A stretch of 54,265 bases of DNA from contig CAZAOV010000008.1 in NCBI GenBank assembly GCA_964486995.1, positions 1-54,265 of the forward strand, in the 5' to 3' direction. Under the pieces are notes generated by a model that was not told the DNA's origin, did not search any database, and saw nothing but the letters and a program-made list of their open reading frames with translations. A program made the translations under genes and the position numbers. The stretch comes from an uncultured Gammaproteobacteria bacterium (lineage in GTDB: Bacteria > Patescibacteriota > Patescibacteriia > SG8-24). Below are positions 23,003 through 32,017 of the stretch, one piece after another. Position 1 is the first letter of the stretch; each line of letters opens with the position of its first letter.

Positions 23003-24106
23003 CTATTCTACGTTCTGCATGGCCAAGCCAATAGAAACGGCAAAACGCGGTCCAATCTCATCCAACACCGGTCGCAATCCATCGGGATAGGCCACCCGGG
23101 CCCACGGATCACCGACATAAGTCTTCATGTTTAGTTGCTCAGAGAAATAACTAGATAGTACCGGCAAACCGGAAGTGCCACCGGTTAAAATAATCTTCTC
23201 AACTTTTTTCTCGCTCCCGTCTTCATCGATCTGACCAGCGTATAAATTAACTGAATACTGCAGTTCCGTGACCATTGGTGCCATGGCAGATTCAAAAATC
23301 TTCGGCAAGCCTTCGCCAGGATAAATGCTCTGCACGCTCCTAATGTCACACTTCATCTCTTCAGCTTCCTTCAAGCCCAAGTCGAGCGCCTTGCCCATAG
23401 CCTTGGTTAAGGTGGTGCCACCCATATCCACACTACGCGTAACATACGGGATGCCGTTGTCAACGATGATGATATTAGTTCGCACACTGCCTATATCAAC
23501 TATCATTGTTGTTGATCTGTCTTTGCCAATAAGCGAACGAATCAACGCAAAAGTTTCAGTTTCCAGACTGGCCAACTCCAGACCGGCTTTACGAAATACG
23601 GTCATGTATTTCTGAATCATGGCATTTGCTGCTCCTGTAATCAGCACCTGAACGGTTTTCTTTTCAGCCTCCTTATCGGCCGCCTCATCTTTCTTTGTCT
23701 TTTTTTTCTTGTCATTTATGTCGATAATCTTAAAATCCAAAGTCATCTCTTCGAGCGGTACGGGGATAAGTTTTTTAGCCTGCCAACGAGCAGCTTCTCG
23801 AATATCATCCACTTTTTTGGTTTTTGGTACGGTCACTACCGAACTGAACACTGAAGCTACCGGCAAACCGCCGACCGCCTTCATCGTAGTGACTTTAGCT
23901 TTCTTAAGCATGTCGCGAAGGAGCTTGGCCGTACCGTTTATGTCATCCACCATATTTATCGGCTCGACTCCAGGCATACGCTCAGTAAATGAATACGTAA
24001 AAAGACGAAAACGCCCCTTCTCGTTCTTCAGTTCAACCAGTTTTATTCCTCCTGAACCGAAATCGATGCCAAGATAGCTCTGTTTCTTAGACCCGAATAG
24101 GCCCAT
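23003..24106 (-). CDS. pilM: Type IV pilus assembly actin-like protein
   Basis: LGIDFGSGGIKLVEL, IPVPLEE, VDIG, ILTGG, AVSIGLA. Confidence 0.95.
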   Translation of the reverse strand: MGLFGSKKQSYLGIDFGSGGIKLVELKNEKGRFRLFTYSFTERMPGVEPINMVDDINGTAKLLRDMLKKAKVTTMKAVGGLPVASVFSSVVTVPKTKKVDDIREAARWQAKKLIPVPLEEMTLDFKIIDINDKKKKTKKDEAADKEAEKKTVQVLITGAANAMIQKYMTVFRKAGLELASLETETFALIRSLIGKDRSTTMIVDIGSVRTNIIIVDNGIPYVTRSVDMGGTTLTKAMGKALDLGLKEAEEMKCDIRSVQSIYPGEGLPKIFESAMAPMVTELQYSVNLYAGQIDEDGSEKKVEKIILTGGTSGLPVLSSYFSEQLNMKTYVGDPWARVAYPDGLRPVLDEIGPRFAVSIGLAMQNVE

Positions 24107-24227
24107 ACAGTGATTTCGTTACTCGAAAAAGTTCTAAATAAACTTCCCCATCTATATATATTATACACCTTTTTACCTTAAAATACAGGGTGTGAATAAC
24201 CGTGCATTTTGTTTTTCGCTGGGTTGA

Positions 24228-27200
24228 CTATGGAGTATCGGTTATAGTGGGTAGTGACCTAGTAACGTCAGCGAAACCAGGTGGCGGATTAACCACGGCA
24301 CGGCCGTCATATATAAACTGTTCAGAACCTCTATCCACGTTGCGAAAAGCCCTTTCCAAAATCATTTTTCGACCGACAACCAAACCGTAAACCCGCAACG
24401 GAATCTCACTAATTTCGAGTGGTGGGGCAACCGTATCTAGACCGTCCTCACCAGCAATCAAGAAAGAGCCGACCACCTGCATAACGTTGCCATCTACGAT
24501 GACGTTTCCATAGTCCCCATTGTTATCGGGCAAAACTATCCATCCGAGTGACGCCAAGTTATTTAATCGGCTGACTGGCGCGTCTTCATATTGCAAATTG
24601 CCGACAATTTTTAGATTGCCGCCATCAATGATAACGGTTCCGTCTCCCCGTCCGTCAAATGTGCTGTTTCTAATTTCTCTGGCAGAAATCTCGATATCCT
24701 GACCACCAGCTTGCACGTAAATCACCTGACCTTCCAGTGGCTGCATCGGCAGAACATTATTCCAATAATGAACAAAAGACGCTTCGGTGTGGGTTTGAAC
24801 ATCGCCGTATTTTCCGTCAATCAATCCATTGATGTCCACCATGCCAAGAATGGTTGTATAGGCATTGTCTTCCTTTGGCCGTTCTAACTCGGTGTCAGAA
24901 TCTGTTTCTAGGCAAGGGTTGCCGTCAGCGCCCTCCATTTCGGTATTGAAATTCAGAATGCTACCCTTGGCGGTAACGCAATAGGTGGCGTTATAGCGAT
25001 CTTCTGGTGGTGGAACTGGTGCCATTATCTTCATTTCGGAAAACACGTTACTGGATTGTGTCTCGAGCCACGGGAAAACCAGCTGATCGCAAACGTTGGC
25101 GTCAATGCACGGCCCAATAGCCCCAGCGTCCATGCAATCAATATCTCTACGACAGGTTTGAGTCGGATCGTCTTGACAGACACCATCTCCAGAACCGCAA
25201 CTCCAGCTGCCATCATGAACCGTGCAGTCTTCATTTAGACGACAGCCAACCGGCGGATCTAACTTGTTACCGCTGGCATTGAGACACCAACCACAATCAG
25301 CATCGTTATTATCTAAGCGGCAAATATCAAAATCATGCAGGCATAGGCCCCAGTCCTGCACACACTCTTCCGGCTGCCCCGTACCGCCGTCGATGGGGCA
25401 GCATTTTAGGTCCGGGTCAATCTGCGGATTACAGTCGGCCGGGTCAAGACCAACTTCGCAAACTACATCGCGCGAAATTTGACAACGGCCGAATATGTCG
25501 TCCGGCTCGCACATCTCACCGACTCCGTTGGCGTTACGGTCGTTCTGTCCTGGGTTGTAATAATTCAAACAGTTATCGCACGGTTTATAGTCATTGGAAT
25601 AGACATTCTCAAACAGGGCGTCCGAAACGCCATCACCGTCAAAATCGGCCCATGAGCAAATATTTTCTACCTCAAAAAAATCCGGTTTAGAACTGCAGAC
25701 ATAAAATACTTGCCGATTAGAGAATACGGTATCGCCGTCATTATCTGTTGCTGAAACTTGAACAAAATACTCACCGTCACCCCACGCCGGAACGATACCG
25801 GTTAAATCAATAGTGTCACTGCAGTCGATATGGCTGGCGATTGTGTTATCGCCCAACATGGAAGTTGAAGGACCTACCGGGCCACCGATCAAGGTTCCGG
25901 CGGCGTTGTAAATCCATACGCCGCATGTCGCCAACGGAAACCAATCGCTGTTTGCCGACTGAAATCGCACTTCCAATTCCATGTTCATGCGATCGTCTTG
26001 GCGAAAATAGGGACTGTCCTTCCAGCCGCTCGGAATGCCAGCTGGGGCGATGGAAAGATTTGGGTCAATCATCTGCGGAGTCACGTTGACGTTAAACAAC
26101 GACATTGCGGAATAGTTTCCGACGTTATTGACTCCATCCTCACTTTTTCCGCGCACGTTTATGGTCGCATCATCCAAAAAGGCACCGGAAATAGGATCGG
26201 TAACACAAGTCCCGTCTGGTGTGCTATATTCGTCACCGTCAATCTCAATCGTACAGGAACAAATGTCACTGCTTCCGTTACCGAGATCCGGATCTTCAGC
26301 AATCATTCTAAATCTCCGAGCTTCGCCACGTTGCACAGTTATTGTGTTCGGCGGACCTTCTCCCTCGGCCTCGATTGAATTTACCAACGGCAAATCATCC
26401 TCGTACAGAATATTACTTATGATGATATCTCCACTTTCGGTTAATCCGGTGCCATCATGCTGAACTGAGATACTAATTGGATAGCTGCGCCACGTTTCGG
26501 GAGTGGCCGGTGTAGGGCAGGTAAACGTCAGGTCAAAACCATTCAAAACTTCACCAGCAATATTGAAAATATGAGCCACGCGAGTAGGAACCGCAACAAA
26601 ATCCAGCTTGCCCGAACCTGCCCCAGTGAGGGTGCAGTTCGGATTAACATCCGCATACGGATACACGGCATTATCATCGGTGTTATCACCAATCACAATA
26701 GCTATGGATGAATATGTACCGCTCCCCACCAGGCGAACCACGTCCTCTGAATTAACTCGCGAAGCCTCATAAGCCGCACCGGTTACGGTCGGATCGACTG
26801 ATGTGAAAGAGAAAAAAGAACTCAATCTAGGCACGGTTTGGCAGGGTACAGTGACCCATGGGGCAGCGCAATCAACACCGTTCCAACAATTTGAATCCAT
26901 ACAGTCCATAAACCCGTTGCCGTCATTATCAAATATGTCGGCGCATGACGCCTCTGATGACTCGCAAAAAACCGGCGCCAAATTAACCACTCCTCCACGT
27001 TTGGTGTCGCATTGATCGTCAGCGCAGTCAGTCAACGAATCAGCGTCGTTATCCCAATTGTCCGAACATAGGTCGTCATTGTTTTCGTCTGCGGCACATC
27101 GAGCAGCGTCATCTAAATACCCAAGACTCAAACGCGGACCTGGCCCGACGGTCAAACAGTCATCGATGTCCGCACAGTCGGTCAACCCGTCTCGATCGTG

Positions 27201-28601
27201 ATCAATCCCGTCCGCACAAGAATAATAGGTGATGTCCTCTCGTTCAGGACACGGGCCGCAGTTACCAAACTTGCGTTCGCAATCGGTGTCGGCACAATCG
27301 TATGGTGCATCAGCATCATCGTTGAAATTGTTGTTGCATAACATGTAGCGGTCGTCCAAATTAAATTCGAACTCGAAGCACATGTTCGGATTAACGCCAC
27401 CCTCATCCATGCCGATGCAGTCAGGGTCAGCGCAATCAACCAATCCGTCTAGGTCATCATCCACCCCGTTAAAGCACTGCAGGTCCGCATTCACACTAGA
27501 TGCGTCTCGATGTTCGACCGACGGGCAGGCAACATCACCCTGACAATCATAATCCATGCAATTGACGCCGGTGGTCGGCTCATCGTCCCAGTCGTGAGAC
27601 GGGCTGTATGACTGGTCTTCGTCGTCATCCACTCCGGTGGCGCAATCTTCAGTTGCCGGACAGCCGTACCCGGCATTCTTCCAGCAAGAACGCCCGACAA
27701 CCGTTTCCAGGTTATCCAAACAGTCGATTAGACCGTCTCCGTCATTATCAAAACCATCGGCGCAACCAGCCACACCAAACTCGTTTTCGTATTGACAGAT
27801 ACCGCCGCCGCCGGACAAGCTATTGCAATCTGGATCCAGACAATCTATTAGTCCATCCGCATCATTATCAAAACCGTGCTCGCATATTGTCTCTGATGAC
27901 TCACAATCGGCACCCAAAACCGCAACTTTTCCGACTGAACCGACGCAGGCGGAATCCTCGCAATCTGAATAGAAATTCAGGTCATTGTCGATGGCATCTG
28001 CGCATGGCTCATCCATATTTGGTATCGCCACCCACGACTCCGATTCATCATCATTGGATGGCGTTGCGGCGTCAACGTAGAACGATAGATTATTTTTTGT
28101 TCCTGATGCGCCATTATGAAACACGGCCAGATCAAATGTATATGAACCTGTAGCTAAGGCAGCGTACGTCACCGTCAATACCTGATCGACTATGCAGCCG
28201 GCACAACCATCACTATCATATCGTTCATATGCGGTCTGAGTGGGATTAATGTCTTCAAGAGGCAATACGACAGCGCCGTTGGCTGGATTGGCATACTTAT
28301 CAACGCTATCGAATGCGGGCAAATTGTGAATCATGTGTGATATCAACGTTCCGGTATTGTACACGCCGCCGTTCAAGCGGATTTTAAATGTGCCGTCGGG
28401 TCGAACGTGCTCAGTATAGGCGTACTGAACGGTCTGACCACCAACTATTATTTCTCCGGTGCAAATATTTCCATCACACGGGGCAGGAGAAACCGCTGCT
28501 TTTATCGAAACTGGTACCCAGGCAAACACAAAAACAAGCGCGAAACAAAATCCTGCTGAGGCGAGCAATAACGTATTTTTATTTATCGATATCCCACTCA
28601 T
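24228..28601 (-). CDS. Large secreted Cys/Asp-rich repeat protein (putative Ca2+-binding adhesin)
   Basis: Signal peptide; about 9 CxxxxDxDxDxxxDCxDxxC repeats; TSP3-like repeat; further Cys modules; C-terminal PWLET...YDGR...PPPGF domain. Confidence 0.85.
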   Translation of the reverse strand: MSGISINKNTLLLASAGFCFALVFVFAWVPVSIKAAVSPAPCDGNICTGEIIVGGQTVQYAYTEHVRPDGTFKIRLNGGVYNTGTLISHMIHNLPAFDSVDKYANPANGAVVLPLEDINPTQTAYERYDSDGCAGCIVDQVLTVTYAALATGSYTFDLAVFHNGASGTKNNLSFYVDAATPSNDDESESWVAIPNMDEPCADAIDNDLNFYSDCEDSACVGSVGKVAVLGADCESSETICEHGFDNDADGLIDCLDPDCNSLSGGGGICQYENEFGVAGCADGFDNDGDGLIDCLDNLETVVGRSCWKNAGYGCPATEDCATGVDDDEDQSYSPSHDWDDEPTTGVNCMDYDCQGDVACPSVEHRDASSVNADLQCFNGVDDDLDGLVDCADPDCIGMDEGGVNPNMCFEFEFNLDDRYMLCNNNFNDDADAPYDCADTDCERKFGNCGPCPEREDITYYSCADGIDHDRDGLTDCADIDDCLTVGPGPRLSLGYLDDAARCAADENNDDLCSDNWDNDADSLTDCADDQCDTKRGGVVNLAPVFCESSEASCADIFDNDGNGFMDCMDSNCWNGVDCAAPWVTVPCQTVPRLSSFFSFTSVDPTVTGAAYEASRVNSEDVVRLVGSGTYSSIAIVIGDNTDDNAVYPYADVNPNCTLTGAGSGKLDFVAVPTRVAHIFNIAGEVLNGFDLTFTCPTPATPETWRSYPISISVQHDGTGLTESGDIIISNILYEDDLPLVNSIEAEGEGPPNTITVQRGEARRFRMIAEDPDLGNGSSDICSCTIEIDGDEYSTPDGTCVTDPISGAFLDDATINVRGKSEDGVNNVGNYSAMSLFNVNVTPQMIDPNLSIAPAGIPSGWKDSPYFRQDDRMNMELEVRFQSANSDWFPLATCGVWIYNAAGTLIGGPVGPSTSMLGDNTIASHIDCSDTIDLTGIVPAWGDGEYFVQVSATDNDGDTVFSNRQVFYVCSSKPDFFEVENICSWADFDGDGVSDALFENVYSNDYKPCDNCLNYYNPGQNDRNANGVGEMCEPDDIFGRCQISRDVVCEVGLDPADCNPQIDPDLKCCPIDGGTGQPEECVQDWGLCLHDFDICRLDNNDADCGWCLNASGNKLDPPVGCRLNEDCTVHDGSWSCGSGDGVCQDDPTQTCRRDIDCMDAGAIGPCIDANVCDQLVFPWLETQSSNVFSEMKIMAPVPPPEDRYNATYCVTAKGSILNFNTEMEGADGNPCLETDSDTELERPKEDNAYTTILGMVDINGLIDGKYGDVQTHTEASFVHYWNNVLPMQPLEGQVIYVQAGGQDIEISAREIRNSTFDGRGDGTVIIDGGNLKIVGNLQYEDAPVSRLNNLASLGWIVLPDNNGDYGNVIVDGNVMQVVGSFLIAGEDGLDTVAPPLEISEIPLRVYGLVVGRKMILERAFRNVDRGSEQFIYDGRAVVNPPPGFADVTRSLPTITDTP

Positions 28602-30167
28602 CTATTGAACCGTTACATCATTATTTTCGTTGCAGCATAGGTCGCCGGATGAATAGCCGGGACTAAAACAATCATCGCTCGGGCTTTCATTATATCTAGT
28701 AGAGTTAGTGCAGTCGCAATCAAAGTAGCCGTCCTTAGGATCGCCATAGGTACACTCCAAGCCATTTACGACATTATGTATCGACTCACTCTCGCTACGC
28801 GGTTGTTTGCTGCAGCACAGCATGCCGGCTTCGTATCCGGTGTCGGTGCAATCCATTATGCCGTCACCGGTCGCACCCCAGATACATGATGTTCTGGGCA
28901 GAGTTTGACAGCGATAAGAAATACCCTGGCAATGACGATCGGCACAATCAATCTCACCGTTGCCGTCGTCATCGATTCCGTTGTGACAATCGCCTTCTAG
29001 CGGCACGCCGCGTCGCATCAGCAACGAAAATGATGCGTCTCCGGAAAAATCGCAATTAGCAGCATTATTGAAATAATTGCCCGGAAATCCGGAATGGCAT
29101 CGCAGGGCTTTATATTGATCCTCCTCGGAATCCAATCCAGACCATGTATTGTCATGAGTAAATATCGGCCACTTACGAATCTTTTCCCGTAGCTTGATGC
29201 GGCAGAATCCGGAAGTTTCGTCACAAAACTGAAATGCGTTGCAGTTTGCGTCTGATGCGCAGGCGGTCAAGGTCGGCGGACTGCCGATGCGACAGGAGTT
29301 TATTGTCCAGAGTTGCCCCGGCACTGTGGAATCGGAATTTTGCACGGTGTACTGCAGTGCTGCGGTGCCGTTACGAACGGCAGTTGGAATTATCGACTGC
29401 AAAATTTCAAACGTACCGTCCGACTTTTCCATCTCGCATTCAAGTAATGAATTTCCACTAGCAGAAAATTGGGTGAAGCCGATGTTCATTTGACTGAGAT
29501 GAGTTCCACGAAGTCCGGTGTTGTCCGGTTCATAAACACCCTCCGGACGGGCGATTTTTCCCAGTCGAGCAAGTACCCAAGTGGTGCGCACGGGACTAAA
29601 ATCAATCCAACCAGCACCGCGAACGTCATCGGTGCCGCCCCATGCCCAGTGGTCATTGAAATTCCCTTTTTCAAATTCCCCGGTAAGCGGATCAAGTACG
29701 GTGTGATAATTAGAAATCATGCATTCATTCAAATTCTCGCAATTGAGAGATATCCAACCATCGTCGCCCAGCGCATCAATTTTCGCCCAACCATACAGCT
29801 CATCAATCTTGCTGTTATATTCATCACGATATTGTGCGTATGGTGCACCGCCTTCTGGAGTGGTGCCGGAACAGGATTGACCAAAACAAATCCAGCCCAC
29901 GGTTTCGGACCAGGCCCAACCCATTAAGTGTGCCCAACCGATTTGCCCTTCGACATCCACAAAGGTGACACCGTAATCAACGGCGCCACAGGTTCCAGTG
30001 TTGACGCAATTCATGGAAATCCAACCAATAGAACCGGACCAAGCCCACTCAAAAACGTTCTCGGACAATCCGGCGTGTGCGGTGCGAGGCATGAATAACA
30101 AGAAAGACGCCGCTAGCATGGCGGCGGTGATAATAATTCGCAAATTTAACGGGCGTAGGGTTTCCAT
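28602..30167 (-). CDS. Secreted protein with WAW..GWI repeats and Cys-rich C-terminus
   Basis: Signal peptide ending AHA; 4 WAW/GWI repeats; CHNGIDDDGNGEIDCADRHC; stop abuts the next ATG (TAGATG). Confidence 0.85.
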   Translation of the reverse strand: METLRPLNLRIIITAAMLAASFLLFMPRTAHAGLSENVFEWAWSGSIGWISMNCVNTGTCGAVDYGVTFVDVEGQIGWAHLMGWAWSETVGWICFGQSCSGTTPEGGAPYAQYRDEYNSKIDELYGWAKIDALGDDGWISLNCENLNECMISNYHTVLDPLTGEFEKGNFNDHWAWGGTDDVRGAGWIDFSPVRTTWVLARLGKIARPEGVYEPDNTGLRGTHLSQMNIGFTQFSASGNSLLECEMEKSDGTFEILQSIIPTAVRNGTAALQYTVQNSDSTVPGQLWTINSCRIGSPPTLTACASDANCNAFQFCDETSGFCRIKLREKIRKWPIFTHDNTWSGLDSEEDQYKALRCHSGFPGNYFNNAANCDFSGDASFSLLMRRGVPLEGDCHNGIDDDGNGEIDCADRHCQGISYRCQTLPRTSCIWGATGDGIMDCTDTGYEAGMLCCSKQPRSESESIHNVVNGLECTYGDPKDGYFDCDCTNSTRYNESPSDDCFSPGYSSGDLCCNENNDVTVQ

Positions 30168-30177
30168 ACGCGAATAA

Positions 30178-30186
30178 ATTATAGCA
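30178..30186 (-). promoter_or_regulatory. Extended -10 promoter TGcTATAAT, near-leaderless
   Basis: Only 10 nt between TATAAT and the ATG at 30167; no SD sequence. Confidence 0.6.
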
Positions 30187-30286
30187 CAGCGGTCGTTATA
30201 TAAGGAGAATTTATCAACAGAAAATGACTGGATCTAGACACTGTCGCTCCGAGCTAGTCTAGGACCAAGAAAGAACGCTATTGCGC

Positions 30287-30386
30287 AAAAACCGTCTGAC
30301 TTGTTTTAAGGTGGAGGTAAAGCCTCTCCCCTAAAACAAGTCAGACAGTTTTTCGAGATGTTCCGCCTTAAAATAAGTCTGACGGT
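30287..30386. repeat. Three copies of a 25-29 bp unit, one inverted relative to the other two
   Basis: A 30287-30315; B 30325-30353 matches reverse complement of A at 25/29; C 30362-30386 matches at 22/25 (counted by eye). Confidence 0.85.
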
Positions 30387-30471
30387 GCAATCAATAACAT
30401 CCTCCCTGGATTCACCGGACCGGGTAGGGGCAAGCACCGACAGATACGGAACCAAAATTAATTTCACATAT

Positions 30472-30495
30472 AAAAGCCGACCGAATGGTCGGCTT
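30472..30495 (-). terminator. Terminator of the orphan gene
   Basis: AAGCCGACC-attc-GGTCGGCTTTT on the minus strand. Confidence 0.75.
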
Positions 30496-30501
30496 AAGCA
30501 G

Positions 30502-30954
30502 CTACCAATGAATGACGATGGCAAAAGGGTGGGCAATAGCCCCGTACTTCTCGATAGTCGGATTTCGCCCGGTTTCAGCGCAGAATTCATAGACGGCTTT
30601 GGCCGGACTGAGAAGCCATCCCGAATCACATCGATCCAGTTCGGAATTGTTCAGCGGACGTCGGAAATGGAAGTCGCGATGCAGTTTCATGACCACCACA
30701 CAATCCTGCCCCTGGTCTGCGGCTGCGGCCATTAGGGTCGGAATTGCTTCGACGATATCGTTGAACTCTTTCTCTTCCCGCTGTCGCTGACCTTCCTCGT
30801 TCTTCAATTCTTCGGCTTCACATTCAGCACGCAGACGTTTACGAGCGGCCTCGGTGCGACGCCGCATTTCAGCGTTGAACTCTTCGGTGGTACTGACTGG
30901 CGGAACTCCCGACGGCCGCCTAAAAAGTTCGCGAAACCATGACTTGAATCCCAT
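30502..30954 (-). CDS. Hypothetical protein (coiled coil plus small alpha/beta domain)
   Basis: RBS AGGAGGT before MGFKSW; own terminator; decayed paralog upstream. Confidence 0.75.
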   Translation of the reverse strand: MGFKSWFRELFRRPSGVPPVSTTEEFNAEMRRRTEAARKRLRAECEAEELKNEEGQRQREEKEFNDIVEAIPTLMAAAADQGQDCVVVMKLHRDFHFRRPLNNSELDRCDSGWLLSPAKAVYEFCAETGRNPTIEKYGAIAHPFAIVIHW

Positions 30955-31007
30955 TTCTACCTCCTGGCTGGAAGATGAAATTATCACCATTCGCATCTAA
31001 TGTAAAG

Positions 31008-31031
31008 AAAGGCCGACCTAAAGGTCGGCTT
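31008..31031 (-). terminator. Terminator of the pseudogene, similar to the one at 30472
   Basis: AAGCCGACCT-tt-AGGTCGGCCTTT on the minus strand. Confidence 0.7.
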
Positions 31032-31042
31032 GATGATCAATC

Positions 31043-31538
31043 CTAAAAGATGTGAATCTCCTTGCGTGAGCCGGCACTTGGATCTTCCATGCAAGCGTCG
31101 CTAACATCAACGACCTTTGGTCGAAGCCCGAGCCGTTCGCACTGTTCAAACACCAGCTGGGCGAATTCCGTGAACCGCGGTTCTTTCGGTGGTGGCATCA
31201 CACGAGCGAAATCGCATCTGGAGATACATCACCGAAGTGATTTTCTTTCCCCACTTTTCTGCGTTGCGAATGCGCGCTGGAATCTTGTCGGTGATTGCCT
31301 TGGCGTGCCGCACATACTCGACCTGTTCGCGCTTGGCTGTGCACTGTTGCCTCACCTCTAGCTCCCGAATTTGCTCTAGCACCCGCTCACGACCCCGATG
31401 ACCGTCGCACTTGGCCTACTGAATACGCTTCATAATCAATTCGTCTTCTGCCGAAAGATATTCTTCAGAAAATGGCCCCAATCCCCGCAACTCCTATTTA
31501 TCGCGCTCATCACCGACGATACTTCTATCGATGCCCAT
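31043..31538 (-). pseudogene. Pseudogene paralogous to 30502-30954
   Basis: RBS AAGGAG plus ATG at 31538; two in-frame TAG and one frameshift; reconstructed AITDKIP...SVMYL..DF...AQLVFEQCERLGLRP...IHIF aligns with IVEAIP...VVMKL.RDF...AKAVYEFCAETGRNP...IVIHW. Confidence 0.7.
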
Positions 31539-31547
31539 TATTACTCC

Positions 31548-31952
31548 TTACTCCGCTCGATCCATCGCCTCGTTAGACAACCGGTCGGCGTCTTTGTTTT
31601 GTTCTCTTCTTACGTGGGTGAAAGTTGCTTTGGCAAATCCTAATCGCAGGTTGTGGATTTTCAGATACAATTGCGCGAGCGTTTGATTTTTCACCTTGTA
31701 CAGACCGTTGAGTTGCCGCACAACCAATTCGGAATCCAAAAAGAAGTCGACATGTTCTGCCCCAAGCTCTTTTGCTATTTCTAACGCATCGATGACTGCG
31801 GTGTACTCGGCGACGTTATTCGTGGTTTCACCAAGGTATCGAGAGTGTTCGTACGCCACATTACCCTGCTCATCTTGAATATAGACACCGATGCCGGCCG
31901 GACCGGGATTGCCGCGCGCGCCGCCGTCGGTGTGTATGATTAGTCGTTTCAT
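31548..31952 (-). CDS. rnhA: Ribonuclease HI family protein
   Basis: TDGGARGNPGPAG, TNNVAEY, DSELVVRQ, HVRREQN..AD. Confidence 0.95.
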   Translation of the reverse strand: MKRLIIHTDGGARGNPGPAGIGVYIQDEQGNVAYEHSRYLGETTNNVAEYTAVIDALEIAKELGAEHVDFFLDSELVVRQLNGLYKVKNQTLAQLYLKIHNLRLGFAKATFTHVRREQNKDADRLSNEAMDRAE

Positions 31953-32017
31953 ATTTTTTGCAGTTGTTGAGTGGGCACTTAAATAATCCTAAACAGCTCA
32001 ACAACTTTACAATTTAT

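Noticed and set aside
30287-30440. GTTTTA...TTAAAATAAG resemblance to a Cas9 repeat/tracrRNA, or a mini CRISPR array
   Set aside because: No cas genes, no regular repeat-spacer pattern, and the match follows simply from the inverted repeat
30306-30735. ORFs 30306-30629 (-) and 30358-30735 (+)
   Set aside because: They overlap the orphan gene, its terminator and the repeat; no RBS or recognisable motifs
30472-31031. Integron cassettes (attC sites)
   Set aside because: The hairpins lack RYYYAAC/GTTRRRY ends, look like ordinary terminators, and no integrase is present
31043-31538. Amber (TAG) readthrough or recoding
   Set aside because: TAG terminates many clear genes in the window, and the region also has a frameshift
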